Notes under the pieces: model-generated
Databases searched by the model: none
The model's input: only the letters and a program-made list of their open reading frames with translations
Told to the model about the DNA's origin: nothing
Program-made: the position numbers and the translations under genes
In this document: piece by piece, positions 1 through 13,300 of the stretch
Numbering within the stretch: the first letter of the stretch is position 1
Layout: the number at the start of each line of letters is the position of its first letter
NCBI GenBank assembly: GCA_001643675.2
Contig: LSRY02000013.1
Location: forward strand, 62,001 to 126,000
DNA length: 64,000 nt
Direction of reading: 5' to 3'
Source: Monocercomonoides exilis PA203
Lineage: Eukaryota > Protista > Preaxostyla

Positions 1-1384
1 GGAAGACCTGCTGAAGGCGCGTGCGAAGGCGAAGAAGGAGATGAAGGAGGCGTCTGACCCGTTCAACGCTGCTGTTCTGAATGGGAGGCAGCTGGCAATG
101 AAAGTGGTGGCAAACAGTGTGTATGGCTTCACTGGTGCACAGGTGGGGAAGCTGCCGTGTTTGGAGATCTCGCGGAGTGTGACAGCGTTTGGGCGAGAAA
201 TGATTCTGAAGACGAAGAACATTGTGGAGACACACTATGTGAAGGCGAACGGGTTTGAGGACGATGCGATTGTGGTGTATGGAGATACAGATTCAGTCAT
301 GGTGAAGTTTGGGATGAAAGACTTGCACACAGCAATGGAGAGAGGGAGAGAGGCTGCAGCGTTCATCACATCGCAGTTTGCTCCGCCTGTCAAGTTGGAG
401 TTTGAGAAGGTGTACTGGCCGTATCTGCTGATGTCGAAGAAGCGATATGCAGGGCTGTTCTGGACGAAAGAAGATAAATTTGACAAGATCGACACGAAGG
501 GTATTGAGACAGTGCGAAGAGATAACTGCCCGATGGTGCGGCTGGTGGTGGAGACGTGTCTGCAGAAGATTCTGGTGGCGAGAGATTTGGAAGGCGCACA
601 GAACTTTGCGAAGCAGATTATTGCAGATTTGCTGCAGAACAAGCTGGACATGTCGCTGCTGGTGATCTCCAAGCAGTTCTCAAGACCAGCCAAGATGTAT
701 GACTCGAAGCAGCCGCATGTGGAGCTGGCAGAAAGGATGAGGAAAAGAGAAGGAACAGCACCGCAAGTCGGGGAGAGAGTGTTCTTTGTGATTGTGGAAG
801 GGGCAAAAGGGGCGAAAGGGTATGAGAAGTCGGAGGATCCGCTGTATGCGATGACGAACGGCATCCCCATTGACACTGACTATTATCTGGAGCACCAGCT
901 GAAAGGGCCGCTGGAGCGTCTGTTCTCGCCCATTCTGAAAGAACGTGTGACCAGTCTGTTTGAAGGCGACCACACGCGCATCAGAAGAAAGCCACCCACA
1001 TCGCGTACATCTCAGTCAGCATCATCGGCGCTGATGAAGTTTGTGGGTGTGGCACGCGCCTGCATCAACTGCCGGGTGAAGCTGACTCCGCAGGAGACAG
1101 GCGCTGTGTGTTCGTCGTGCAAGGCGAAGGAGGGGGAGTTCTTGATGGAGGCACAGAAGACTGTCGCACAGGCAGAGGAGCAGTTCGGACACGTCATGGC
1201 ACAGTGCCAGCGCTGCTCATCCTCTTTGCACACACCTTTCTTATGCTCAAGCAGAGATTGCCCTCTTTTCTATCTCAGAACGAAAGTGAAGAAAGATCTT
1301 GAGGATGCATACGAATGCTTGGAACGTTTTGGCCCACCATGCGTAATTCCAAATCCTCCAATTCCTGTGTGCTCTTCGACTTAA
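1..1384 (+). CDS. POLD1: DNA polymerase delta catalytic subunit, 3' portion (5' end lies outside the window)
   Basis: The frame is open from base 2 (EDLLKARAKAKKEM...). B-family motifs KVVANSVYGFTG, YGDTDS, KKRYAG and KGIETVRRDNC are present, plus the C-terminal CysA (CINC...CSSC) and CysB (CQRC...CSSRDC) motifs typical of Pol delta. Confidence 0.97.
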   Translation, partial: EDLLKARAKAKKEMKEASDPFNAAVLNGRQLAMKVVANSVYGFTGAQVGKLPCLEISRSVTAFGREMILKTKNIVETHYVKANGFEDDAIVVYGDTDSVMVKFGMKDLHTAMERGREAAAFITSQFAPPVKLEFEKVYWPYLLMSKKRYAGLFWTKEDKFDKIDTKGIETVRRDNCPMVRLVVETCLQKILVARDLEGAQNFAKQIIADLLQNKLDMSLLVISKQFSRPAKMYDSKQPHVELAERMRKREGTAPQVGERVFFVIVEGAKGAKGYEKSEDPLYAMTNGIPIDTDYYLEHQLKGPLERLFSPILKERVTSLFEGDHTRIRRKPPTSRTSQSASSALMKFVGVARACINCRVKLTPQETGAVCSSCKAKEGEFLMEAQKTVAQAEEQFGHVMAQCQRCSSSLHTPFLCSSRDCPLFYLRTKVKKDLEDAYECLERFGPPCVIPNPPIPVCSST

Positions 1385-1650
1385 AAGTTAATTGGTTTTT
1401 TTTCTGTATTCACTTGTCTTAAATTTATCAATCCCACTTCATTCATTATATATATATTTTTTGAAAAATAAAAAGTTTGATTTTCAACTTATTGATAAAT
1501 AATTTATTTATTAGTCTTTATAACAAATGAAGGGACTTTTTGATCAAATTGATTTAGAATGAAGTGTGTTTTTAAAAATTGAGCATGCTTTTGTTTCTTT
1601 AACTTTGTTATGCTTTATTTGATTTTGTATAACATACTAATGCGTTGCGA

Positions 1651-4334
1651 ATGCTTAAAATTTTGCTTAGTCCTCTTAAATTAACTATTAACCCACAGCC
1701 AAGAAAATTGACTATTGAAGATATTAAGCACTTCCCAAAAGCTGAGCTTCATTGCCATCTTGGTGTGCTTACATCTGTTATATAATGCATCATTTTTATT
1801 TTTCATTCCTGCTCATTAAAGACGGAAGCATTCGACCAAAAACAGTCATTGATCTTGCATTGGAGCAAGTTTGCTTTGTTCTTTAAGCAAAGAAATAATC
1901 GATTTAACTTGGGATTCGTAATGTTATTGATTTTATTTTATTGGTTTTTATTTCATAGGGAGTGAAATTGGACACTTTTGATGTTGACGAATTGACAAAA
2001 CTTTTAAAAGTCCCAGAAGATTGCCCTGATCTTACTGTTTATCTTCGTTCATTTGATATTTCGTTGAAAGTTTTGCAACAACCATATGCACTTACCAGAA
2101 CAGTTTATGAAATTGCTGAAGATGCTTATCATGATGGAATTTCATATTTGGAAATTCGTTTTGCTCCAATCCTCCATACTTCAAATGGTCATACTCTCTC
2201 AGAAATTATGCATGCAGTTGTTGAGGGACGTCTTTTGGCAGAAGCAAATTTCCCTATTACAGTTCGTATCATTGTGTGCGCCATGCGTCAATTGTCTCCT
2301 GCTGAATCTCTTAATGCTGTGGAAGTTGTGTGGAGATATAGCAACCAAGGTGTTGTTGGTTTTGATGTCGCAGGACCAGAGTTTGGATTCATGCCTGGAA
2401 ATCATAAAGACGCATTTGAATTGGCTCACAGAAAGGGTCTTCCCGCAACAATTCATGCTGGAGAAGCTGCTGGATGGGAATCTGTTGATGAAGCTATCAA
2501 TGTTTGCGGTGCTCAAAGAATTGGACATGGTGTTCGAATGAACGAAAATCCAAAGTTAGTGCAACATGTGATTAATAGACGCATTCCAGTTGAATCATGC
2601 CCAACTTCAAACACACAAACACGCGCTGTTAAGAGCATGAAAGAGCATCCTATCAGAGAATACTTTGACCAAGGAATGGTTATATTCCCTTGCACTGATA
2701 ACACAACTGTCAGCAACGTTACACTGAGCCAGGAGTATTTGCGCCTTCATTTGGAAAAGGACTTCACAGTTGAGGAGTTGGTTAGGATGGTTGACTATGG
2801 TCTGTCATCTGGCTTCATCTCATACAATCACAGAACACGTTTGCGTTTGGAGTCAATGAAGAAGATTCTGACTTATTTGTCATCTCAAGGATTCAACATC
2901 GACGGAATTGTCCATGATCTTCCCATCCACGATCGAATTTTCTATTCAATCTGCCCACAGCAAACAGTTCCAAGAATGTACTGGGACAACTACAAGAACC
3001 CAAAAATCACAGCAGACGTTATTCGCCAACTTCCAAAAGTTGATATGCACGTCAGACTTGTTGGAGGAATGACATTGGACAATCTTTGGGATTTATCAAC
3101 GAAGCAAAAAGGAAACAAGATGGTCGAAGAATTTGAAACCAAAGAGGCTGTTGTCGAGTACTTCAAGAATAAGAACCAGGAAGGAAGCAAATTTGACCTG
3201 GCAAAAGCACGCAAATACATGCTGAATGTTATGCAGTCTAAAGAGCAAATTGAAATTGCAATGGACGATATCTTCCGTGTGTCAAAGTCTGAGAATATCA
3301 TCTTCCAGTCTCTTATGGTTCGTCCAAAAGACCACACATTGGGTGGATTGAAGGAGGAAGAAGTCATTGACATCGTGATCAAATCAAAAGAAGAGAACGA
3401 AAAGAAATACGGCATTCGCTCCAACATCTTCCTTTGCGCACGTCTTCCTGAAGACGATCCGTTTGACGTGATGAACGTTGCTCAGCTTATCTTGAAATAC
3501 AGAGAAAGAGGTGTTGTTGGATTTGCATCCTTTGGTGACGATCTCCCATCGCACGATATGCAGTTCTTCCAACAGGCATTTTCGTTCATGAAGAAGAACA
3601 TGATCCCTGTTGTCATCTCAGCCGGAAGAACAACTCCAAAGTCTGTTCTCACAGCTGTTGTTGATGGTGGTGCTGCACGTGTCTCTGGTGGCTACACAAT
3701 CCACACGCACCCATACATCGTCAAGTGGCTCTCAGATCGTCAGATTCCTGTTGATCTTTCTGTCACACAGCACATGAAGGAGCATTCCAAGCGTATGGAA
3801 TCATTTGCTGGTAATGTTATTCGTTTTTTGTATGACAACGATGTGCGTGTTGTTTTGTGCTCTGTTGGAAGAACACTGGAAAGCTGTCCTTCTCTGAACA
3901 CTGTGATTGAGCGTGTCGTATCAGATTGCAACATCAAAGTGCACGAACTTCTTGATTTGCTGTCGTTTGCTTTGAGAAGCAGCCCGCTTCCATTCGCAGA
4001 GAGAGAAGTGATGTATCGCGATTTCTTGGCACAATCTCATGATGTTCTGGAGAAGCACGGCTTCCGTCACTTCTGGAAGAAAGCCATCTTCGGAGATGCT
4101 TATATTCCATTCCCCGATCCACATCCAAAACTTGCTGAGTTGACCGAAGGATCTGCTTCACCTTCAACTATTCCAAGTACAGCCCAACAGGAAGCAGCAA
4201 CACCAGATTCACAGGCATCTTCAACATCACCTCATGGTGTACCTGCCAAATCCCTCAAAGTTACAACACCTTCTGGAAAGGTTATCAGCGTTGAAGGTGG
4301 GTCTGCAAATATGAGATTGGCAGACGAACAGTAA
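1651..4334 (+). CDS. Adenosine deaminase-family protein with two tandem ADA domains (second one degenerate)
   Basis: Spliced by hand using GT-AG introns 1763-1821 and 1869-1958, giving PKAELHCHL/DGSIRPKTVIDLALEQ/GVKLD. Domain 1 has EIRFAP, GFDVAG, HAGE, RIGHG, CPTSN and TDN. A second repeat starts at LPKVDMHVRLVGG (~3030). The start codon at 1651 is uncertain. Confidence 0.9.
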
Positions 4335-4680
4335 AAATGAGCAAGAACTGTTTGTATGTTTATTCTGTCGATAGAGTTGAGACCTTTCATGAACAAGAAC
4401 ATTGCCCTTAATATTTACATTCATTTAATGATTTTTTTTTTTTATAAATAAATTTTCGATTTGCACTTTTAGGAATTTCGAGTTCCTCAAAAAATTCATT
4501 GAAAATCTTACTTTTAAACCTTTTGTTTCCTTGTATTCAGCACACAGAAATTATAAATACGAGGTATTTTAAGAGAGAGTTAATATCTTTTGTTTTTTTT
4601 AAATGAAGCTTTAATTTGAAGGATTAAATGTTGTGAAATGAAAATTAAACAATAAAATGAAGTGAGTATTTCACTTTCTC

Positions 4681-5568
4681 TCATTTTTCTCCAGATGAAG
4701 TTGTTGATGATATCTGAGTAGTTTCTTTCTGTTGAGAACTTTCTGGTTGTGATGGTGGAGTTGTTTTGGAAGATGTGGAAAGTGTCGAGGAAGAATCAGA
4801 AGATTCTTTTGAGATCTGTTGCTCAGAAGCAGGAGGTGTGGTGAGAGAAGTGGAAGAAGATTGACGAGGTTGAAAAGATTGTTGCGAGGTTGCCGCTCCA
4901 GGCTTCCCTTGGGTAATTGAAGGAGGTACCATTGCAATCCCTGGCGGAACTGCTGGCCCGCCCATAAATGGACCAGGCATCCCCATCGGAACTTTCATTC
5001 CAGGTGGCATCATCATTCCAGGCTGCATCATCATACCAGGCATGTGCATCATTCCCGGTTTCCCTGACATTCCTTGCATTGGAGGAAATCCTGGAGCACC
5101 AGGCATCCCAGAAGCTCCTCGTCCTCCAGCCCCTGGAATTACAGGTCCAAATGGTAATGGACCAGCCATTGAAAAAGTCATTGCACCTGCTCTTCCCATA
5201 AAAGGCATGGACATTGCAGGATGCATCACTCTTCCTGCAAATAAAGATGCGCCTGGTTGATTTATCCCCGGGATCGATTGTCCAAGTCCTGATGAAGAAA
5301 AATTAATATTTCAAAGATACTAATCGAAAAATGTTATACCTGCTGGTTGTTGTTTCAAAAATTGAGAGTAATACTTATATACATTTGCTTGATGTTTTTG
5401 ACCGCTGTTATGTGCCCTTCGAACTTTCACTACAAGAAAAAGACAAAAAATAAAATGCAAAAATAACACAATATTAAAAGGTTAACTTATCTCAATACAT
5501 GGCTATTAAAACAAACATGAATCGTGGGTTAGCACAACATCGCAGTAATCGCAATAGTACTTGGGCAT
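4681..5568 (-). CDS. SNRPC: U1 snRNP protein C (U1-C)
   Basis: Exons 5568-5517, 5429-5340 and 5288-4681 give [41 protein letters not shown] (matrin-type zinc finger), followed by the typical Pro/Met/Gly-rich tail. Confidence 0.95.
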
Positions 5569-5861
5569 TCAACAATAAATGAAAATTACGACGTCGAAAT
5601 ATGAAAATATGGGCTATTCGAATAAATCCAGCAAAATATTCATCATTGGAAATTAAACTTTTTAAAATATAATAAGTTTTCCCACTTTCACTTATTGTTT
5701 TAAAGTGAAAAAATTTCTCAAAAAAAGAAAACAAAAAATTATAAATCAAAAAGTTTTTTTCTTTTATTTTTTCTTTCACTTCAAATGCTTGCCCTTTAAT
5801 GCGTTGTGGTGGAGTGTTGTGAAATGGTGACATGAAAACAGATGACTTGAGCACTTTCATT

Positions 5862-7322
5862 TCATCCTTTGAATGTGAGTGAAAGAATGAAAGAAAACAG
5901 GCTTTTCAGTTGCATCTCTTCGTTTGCACCATCAAGCAGCGCTTTTTCTGTTTGCGCTGTTTGATATCCAATTTGAGCCTTCTGTGCATCAGAAATTGAA
6001 GTATTTTTAATGATTTCCTCAATTGTCTGTTAGATTTGTTATTTATTCATAAATAGCAAGTGAAGAAAAATTTGGGAAAAATTTCACTTCTTAAAGAAAA
6101 AATGAACACTTCGTCAAACCTGTTCCAGCACTTGCTGAGCAGAATACCCTTTTCTCTTTATTGTATTTAGAATTGATGCCAGATGGTCATATGAATGATC
6201 TTCAATAACGCATCCAATCAATTCATCAATAATCTCTTGTGGAACGATCTTTCATTTTTTAAAAAAGTACACATATAAAAATATGATAAATGAATAAGAA
6301 AAGAACAAAAAGAATACCCCAGCCATGTCCATAATACCATCTATTGTAATATCGTCTCTGTAGAGTCGATGAGCAGAATGAAGAAGTGTAATTGCACGAC
6401 GAAGATCTCCCTTGCTAAGCTCATTCAATCGTATCAATTCCTTCAAAAAATCAACAAATGAAATAATGAAATGAATTGAAACAAAAGCAAATTACTTCTT
6501 TGAAAAAGTGAAGAAAGATAATTCAAACTTCATCTCCACATTTCACTCCTTCAGTATTGCAAATGTGCTTCAATCTTTCCAGTGATATCTCTTTCGGCAA
6601 TGGGAAAAATCGAGATTTGGCGCATCGAGAAGCCAGTGGATCAATGATTCTTTAACAGTTTGAAGGTAAATGCAAACATTGACGTTTATAAAAAGCACAA
6701 AAAACAATACTTTGAAACATAATTGCAGATTAAGCAAAATCGAGTTACTCGAGTGTGAACTTCGATCACTCGACGAAGTGCATTTTGAGCGTCTGTTGTT
6801 AATGAATCTGCTTCATCAAGAATAATTAATTTGAATGGTGGGCAGGGAAATGGATATCCTTCTGGCTTTGCAGAAATGGATTGCTGAGCAAATCTTTTGA
6901 CTTTTTCTCGAATTGCATCAATTCCTCTTTCATCAGACGCATTTAACTCCATTACTCGTTGTCTAAACATTTCAGGGCTAAAAATATAACATGCAGACAT
7001 CCGAATGAACATAGCATGAAAAGAGTATTTTGAAAAAAATGAATGAAATTTCAAAACCCAAAAAGATCATGGGCCAATGCAAGAATAACTGAAGTTTTTC
7101 CTGTTCCAGGCGGACCATAAAACAGCAGATGCGGAAGCTATCGTAAGGCAAACAATTAAATTGAAGATTAAAATTTCTATAAGAGCAAACTGTTCCAGCT
7201 TCAATAAACTTATGCAGTGAAGCAACAAGAACATCTTGCGACACAACATCCTTTAAGGATTTTGGCCTGAATTTTTCAACCCATGGAACGAGGACATGAC
7301 GCCTGCTCCTAAATTCTGTCAT
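5862..7322 (-). CDS. RFC4: Replication factor C small subunit (human RFC4 / yeast Rfc2 type), multi-exon
   Basis: Exons encode [80 protein letters not shown] and [14 protein letters not shown]. All introns are GT-AG. Confidence 0.92.
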
Positions 7323-7539
7323 GAATATTCTAGGAAAAGTTTAAGTAATGATTTCAAAAAATAATTATCCTCCAACAGATATTTTTATAATTTTTGTAAA
7401 TATTTTTTTCATTCAACAAATTGTATATGTTTTGATTTTGAAACGTTGAAAATATTGATATTTTCTGAGAATGATCAAATACCCCATATATACTCACCAG
7501 AGAGTTTGTGTGTTTTTGTCATTTTTTTGATACAAAGAC

Positions 7540-9173
7540 ATGCAGGGGTTTGATGATGAAAGAGACGATGACTTCGACAATGATTTTACTATAGGTGCTG
7601 GGCCACCTCCTCAATATGATCAACAACTTCATTATGACGAAGAGGAACCTGTTGAAGATAATGATGAACAAGAAGATGAAGCAAACGCTACAAGAAATGA
7701 AGAAGATCAAGATAATGAAGACAATGAAGGAAGTGAAGAAGAATCCAATTTACATGATACTCAAGAAGGGGAACATTGTGTGCTTTCTCATTTTATTTTC
7801 AAGATTCGATAATATGAATTTTTTCATTTGTTAAAGCCGATATGGATCAAACAAAAGAGTATGCATTTTTTTCAGCAATGTTGTTTATATATTTATAAAC
7901 AAATAAATTTAAATATTGAAATTTAAAAAATTTTTTTTAGCTCTTTTACTGGGTTGCAAGATGGAGATATTAGCATGACTATGGACAACAAACGCTTGGA
8001 TGCACTTGGGATGACTCAAGACTCAGAAGTTGAGCAAATCAGCGAAGACGGAGAAGAGCCAGAAATAATGAGTGTTTTCCCTTCAGAAAATGAATTCCAA
8101 CAGCTACAACTTTCTCCAGAAATGCATTCAATGTTTTCAACAATCTTCCAATTTCAAGTTCAAACTCTGGCGCTTCCAACACCTCTCCAACCATTTATGC
8201 CCAAATTTGAGCCTGCAATCGGAGATCCTGATAACTTCACGAAAGTTCAAAGGCCAGACAGTGGCAAGGATCTTATTGGGCTTGTTGTTCTTGATGAACC
8301 CGGACCGGTTCAATCGAATCCATCCATTTTGGAGATGCAGCTTCGCAATGCCACAACTTTAAGTAAAGGCAAAGCTCCTGCACATGTGAGAACTGTCGAT
8401 CCGAATGAAAAGGGAGCTCTTGTTTGTTTTTTTCCGTTATTTGTGTGACTTTAATAGCAAAATGCGAATACTTCTATTTTGTTATTCTCCTCTTTTGATC
8501 TGCGCTTTTCATATATTTTCATCATTGTTTTCCTATTGCAGGGTTTGCAATCGTGGATTCAATCAATTGAAGAGTTTCATCGAAGCAAGCCTTCTCCTTC
8601 TGTCAGCTACAAAGGTCCAATGCCTTCGATCGAGACGTTGATGCAAATTTGGCCATCGTCTTTCGAATCTTCTCTTAGACAGGTATTTCTTTCCTTTTCT
8701 TTGTGCAAAAAAACAAACTTGAGTTCATTTTATTTATTTATTTTGACAACTGTTTCATGACATTTCTGCAATACCAGCTCCCTCTTCCACGTATAAGTGA
8801 TCTTGACATTCCGCTCCGTGAGTACATTCCGATCGTGTGTTCTCTGTTAGACATTCCTGTTCACGAAGACGACCTCAGCAAGTCTCTTCACGTGCTGTTC
8901 ACTCTCTTCCACGAGTTTCGGCAGAACCCTCACTTCAGACTGCTCCAGGTGAATGACGTCTTTCCGTCTGCACAGAACAGCAGCGCTGGTCTTTCTTCGA
9001 CGCTTTCTTCATCAACCACTCCTTCTTCTGCCTCTTCTCCGGGTTCTGCATCTGCTTCTGCCTCTTCCTCTTCCTCTTCGTCTTCCTCTGCTTCTGGAAA
9101 GCTCAACTTATCTGGATTAAGGCAATCGTCGACGCCATCACCAACTCAACCTGGATCTCGAGTACGTGCTTGA
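7540..9173 (+). CDS. IFT46: Intraflagellar transport protein 46, multi-exon (includes a 22-nt microexon at 7837-7858)
   Basis: Acidic N-terminus, then LQPFMPKFEPAIGDPDNFTKVQRPDSGKDLIGLVVLDEPGPVQSNPSIL, WIQSIEEFHRSKP..VSYKGPMPSIETLMQIW and LHVLFTLFHEFRQNPHF, matching the IFT46 C-terminal domain. Confidence 0.92.
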
Positions 9174-9401
9174 TCTTATTTTGCACTTACAAGCACAATT
9201 GATTTTCCACATCTTCACATTTGATTTCGATTTGCTTTTTGATGTTTCATCTGCTTTTCCGCATATTCTTCATTTCACTTTTATTTATATACCAAAATTT
9301 TCTTTAAGCAACTTTTTTTTTTATTTTATTGGAAACTTCAACATTATTGCCATTTTAACTTGAAAGTATTTGTATGATTTTTGCGTTGTTGAATTCAATC
9401 A

Positions 9402-9447
9402 AGAAAAGAAAGAAAGAAAAGAAAAGAAAAGAAAAGAAAAGAAAAGA
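9402..9447. repeat. (GAAAA)n microsatellite
   Basis: Directly visible tandem gaaaa units. Confidence 0.8.
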
Positions 9448-10343
9448 AAGGCAAATTGATTTTTGATGCGTTGTTTGTACACAATTCAACTTGACTATTA
9501 TTATAGGCCTAACCTTTCTCAAAAAGATTCCATCTTTGCTCGGGTGAACAGCAAAAATATGAGCACTCAATTGTGTTTTGTAAGAAATTTTTGAGTGTGC
9601 TAACACCCATATAATTTTTTAATAACGACCAACAGAATATTTGATCGTTATTCATCAAAAAATTCATAAATTGAAGAATATTTCTTTCATTGATTTTTCT
9701 CCCATGAAAGGATCTATTTTTCATTATAATGATTAATAAAAATTCAAGCAAAAATATAATCTCAATTCATAAAAAATTCATTAAGCTCTTTCAGATATTT
9801 AGCTCAAAAACCTATACAGATAAAAGTTTTGTTGACTCTCAATATTGGTATCACTTTCATTGATCCAAGAACAAAAGGAAATACTGTAACAGTTTTTCCT
9901 TTAATCAATCCCTATTTAATACACAGGTGGAGGAGATGGGACACATGGGACAAATTCTATGGTGTTCGGGACTTTCTTTTTGGTCTTCTCTTTTTGATTA
10001 TCCCAAAAAGATGTATCATCAGCGTCTTTTGAGTTAAAAAAAAAAAAAAAAAAAAAAACAATCGATTTACAACTGGAAACAACAATTAACAAAACTTGAT
10101 TTTGAATTTGCTTTGGTTGAACTCGTTTTGCTATCCATTTGAACAAATTTGTTATAATGGTTACAAAAAACTTGATCATTTAATAGAAATAATTAATTAT
10201 GCAATGAAAATTTGACTTTTTTTCAATCAAACGAATTTTGCAAAAAAAAACCATACAACAATGAAATAAAAATTAAATCGAAGTGATTGAAATGCGAAAT
10301 GCTTTTGTTTTTGAAAATAATTGTTTCTTTATCAAATAATCCT

Positions 10344-13300
10344 TCATTCCTTTTTTTGTTGATTGCCGACCCATCCATCTCCCAAACCACCTTCTCCTCC
10401 GAAGAACGCCAGATCCACCGCGAGTGTTCGAAATTCCCTCATTGCCTTCTGCGGCATCTTGCCGTTCCCCACCATCCTCCCGACATCTGCTATTCTGTTC
10501 CGCATTTCTCCGTATGCCTCTATAGGAATGTCTCTTCGCCTGGCTCCCACTTCAAGCAGCCTCCGCTCGAAAAGCGGCTCAGTCATCCGCCACAGCATCA
10601 TCAGCATCTTCTGCAGCTCCCTCGTCTCCTCCTCTGTGTGCTTCATGATCGACACGATGATCCCCAGCTTCCCTGCCGCCACTCCAAACACCCCGCAGTC
10701 TCTGCACACACTCAGAAAGGCCTGCGGGCCAACGCCGGTTGAGTTGCGGAGGAGGAGCGAGTCGCGGAACATCCTCACCAGCACACGCTCCTCCAGCTTC
10801 GGGTCGATCACACGCACCAGCGAGCGGAACTCGTCGTACGAGAGAATGGCATTCGTCGACATCGCATTCGTCACCTGCGCGGCGAGCGCTAAGTCGATCT
10901 GCTTTCCTCCTACTCCTCTCCCGCCAAACAACGGCTGCCCTCTCATTCCGCCCCTTCCCTCCCGCCGGCGCATCATCTTGTCGCGGTAGGACGTGAAGGA
11001 GAGGATGTTGGAGAGCTTTGTGGCAACAAGGTTGTAGTTCTCCATGTAGATCAGAACAGCATGCTCCAGAATCTCATCCACATTCACAATACTTTGAAAG
11101 AAATAACAATAAAAAGGAAGAAGGAAAAAAAATAAAATAATATTAAAAAAATAAAAAATGATTGTGTTTGAAATAAAACCACACCCAGTTGTTCCAATCT
11201 CCTGTATTTTCGCCTTGATCTTCGTGATGGCCTCCGCTGGCATGTCTTTAAATGCCTGTGTGGCACACTCCATTGCGCGTGTGATGCTGATTGTCCAAAT
11301 CTCGTCTGCCGTGTTGAGCGTGGGCAGTGCCAGCGCTGAGCCCTTTTCGAGGATGATGGCGAGGAGATACAAAGTGAAGTCCATCGCACCCGACGGAAGA
11401 GGATCAGAAAAGGAATACGGACTCGTCTCGTCACTGCGCAGCTCAGCAGCTATTGCCAATCTGATTGAAGAAGAAGAAGAAAGAAGAAAGAAGAAGAAGA
11501 AGAAGAAGAAGAAGAAGAAGAAGAAGGAAGAAGACAATAAAAATGAATAATAATTATGATACATTGATAATCATATAAATACATTTCATATAGAGGCAGA
11601 CTTGTTTCTTTCAACATGGTCTCGATATTTGCCGATGTCAGTTGTGTCTGTTTCTGACAGGTTTGTCGACTCCATCTTGTTGAACTCGTCCAAAAGACTG
11701 AACTTTCCCTTCTTCTTCGGCTCGCCTGTCAAATCGGCTGTTCCATCAAGCAAGTCAATTCTTTCTCTCTCAGCCATCTTTCCCCTCTTGCCTCCCACTC
11801 CAAACAATCCCCCGTCATTTTCATCATCATCATCTTCTTCCTCCTCCTCCTCTTCCTCTTCTGAGTCGTCTCCTCTCTGTTGCATCTGCCCACCAGCCTC
11901 TTTCGCCTTCTCCCCTTCTTCAATTGCCGGCAATGCTCCTTCTCTCCCTTCTCCTCCCCTCTCACTCCTTCTGCTCCTCTCTTTCTTCACATTCACATCT
12001 CCCGACAAAACGCCCTCTTCGTCCTGCAGATGGAATGGCGTGAGCATCCCGCAAAGTCTCCCAAAGACCCTCACACGTGATGAATATCGTCCGTATTTGC
12101 GGACAGAGCCGATCAAGTCAATCACTCGCATCTCAGCAAGATTACGCAGGCCGTGCTGGAAGAGATAGTAGTCAAAGACAAACTGGCTGAAGTCAGTTCT
12201 CTTTCTGAACATTAAACAATGAACAATGAAAAAAAAATGTTTTTTGTTTTTTAATTCAAATAAAGATTCATGAATAATAATATTGTGATAACAAGCCTTG
12301 CATTCAGGTCATCTGCCCTGTCAGCCTCCATCTTGTCTGCGTAGATGCAATAGATCTCCTTCCTCAGAAACTGCAGCGTCGTCACTTTTGGGAAGAAGTC
12401 CTTCGACACCACAATGAGAGGGCGGAAGGAGACAGGCAGAAACACATCCCGTTCCTCTTCGAATCGGTCCTTCTCTTTCTTTTTGACTTTCTTGTCTTTC
12501 CCTCTTTTTCTGTGTCTGTGACTCTTCTTGTGGTGTTTTCCATGTTTTCCGTGCTTTCCATGTTTCCCCTTGGCAGATGAAGCGGAAGCAGAAGCAGGAG
12601 TCTGCTCAGCTGTCCCAGCAGCCCCTTCAGAAGGATAATGGTCCTTTGCGTCAAACAGTGCTGTCCCATCATCATCATCCTCACTGCCACTGTTGCTGTT
12701 GTTGCTTCTGCTGCCTCCCTCTGTGCTGCCTGTGGATGTGCCACTGCTGCTGTTGCTGTCACTCTCTGATGAATAATCGCTGCCACTTCTATCTCCTTCT
12801 GTGTGAATGCCTTGCTGTGCTGATGACATTCCAGACTCATCAGAAGAAGTGGCTGATGAATCTGACTCTTCGTTCGGCTGATACAAAACTGTTCCTGTGC
12901 GCGACAGCTTCAGCGTAGATGTTGGCTTCATTTTGAGCTTCTCTTTGTCTTCTGTCTGATTGTCTCCATCTCCATTCCTCGAACTTCTGTGTAAGCCATG
13001 TCTGTGCTTATGTTCGTGCCTGTGTCTTCTTTCCCTTCTCTCTCTCCTTCTCTTCTCTCTCTCCCTCTCCTTCTCCTCATTTTCTGCATCATCATCCTTC
13101 TGTGCAAACTCGATAAAGTTCCCTTCGCCAACTGCTCTGACCACATCATTCAGCCCCTGGATGGTCACAGTCGGAATCGAAAACGGTCTCTTTGAGTCGC
13201 CAAAGATGACCACACACGTCACAGCTGGCACAGTCGATGCAGCCAGCAGCTGGGCGATGTTGAACAGCTTCTCGAGAAACTGTGTGTAGACAGTGAAGAC

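Noticed and set aside
9530-9610. Sm-site-like ATTTTTG with flanking hairpins / H-ACA-like layout
   Set aside because: Lacks diagnostic U1/U2/U4/U5 motifs (e.g. U5 GCCTTTTAC), the hairpins are weak, and such motifs are common in AT-rich DNA.
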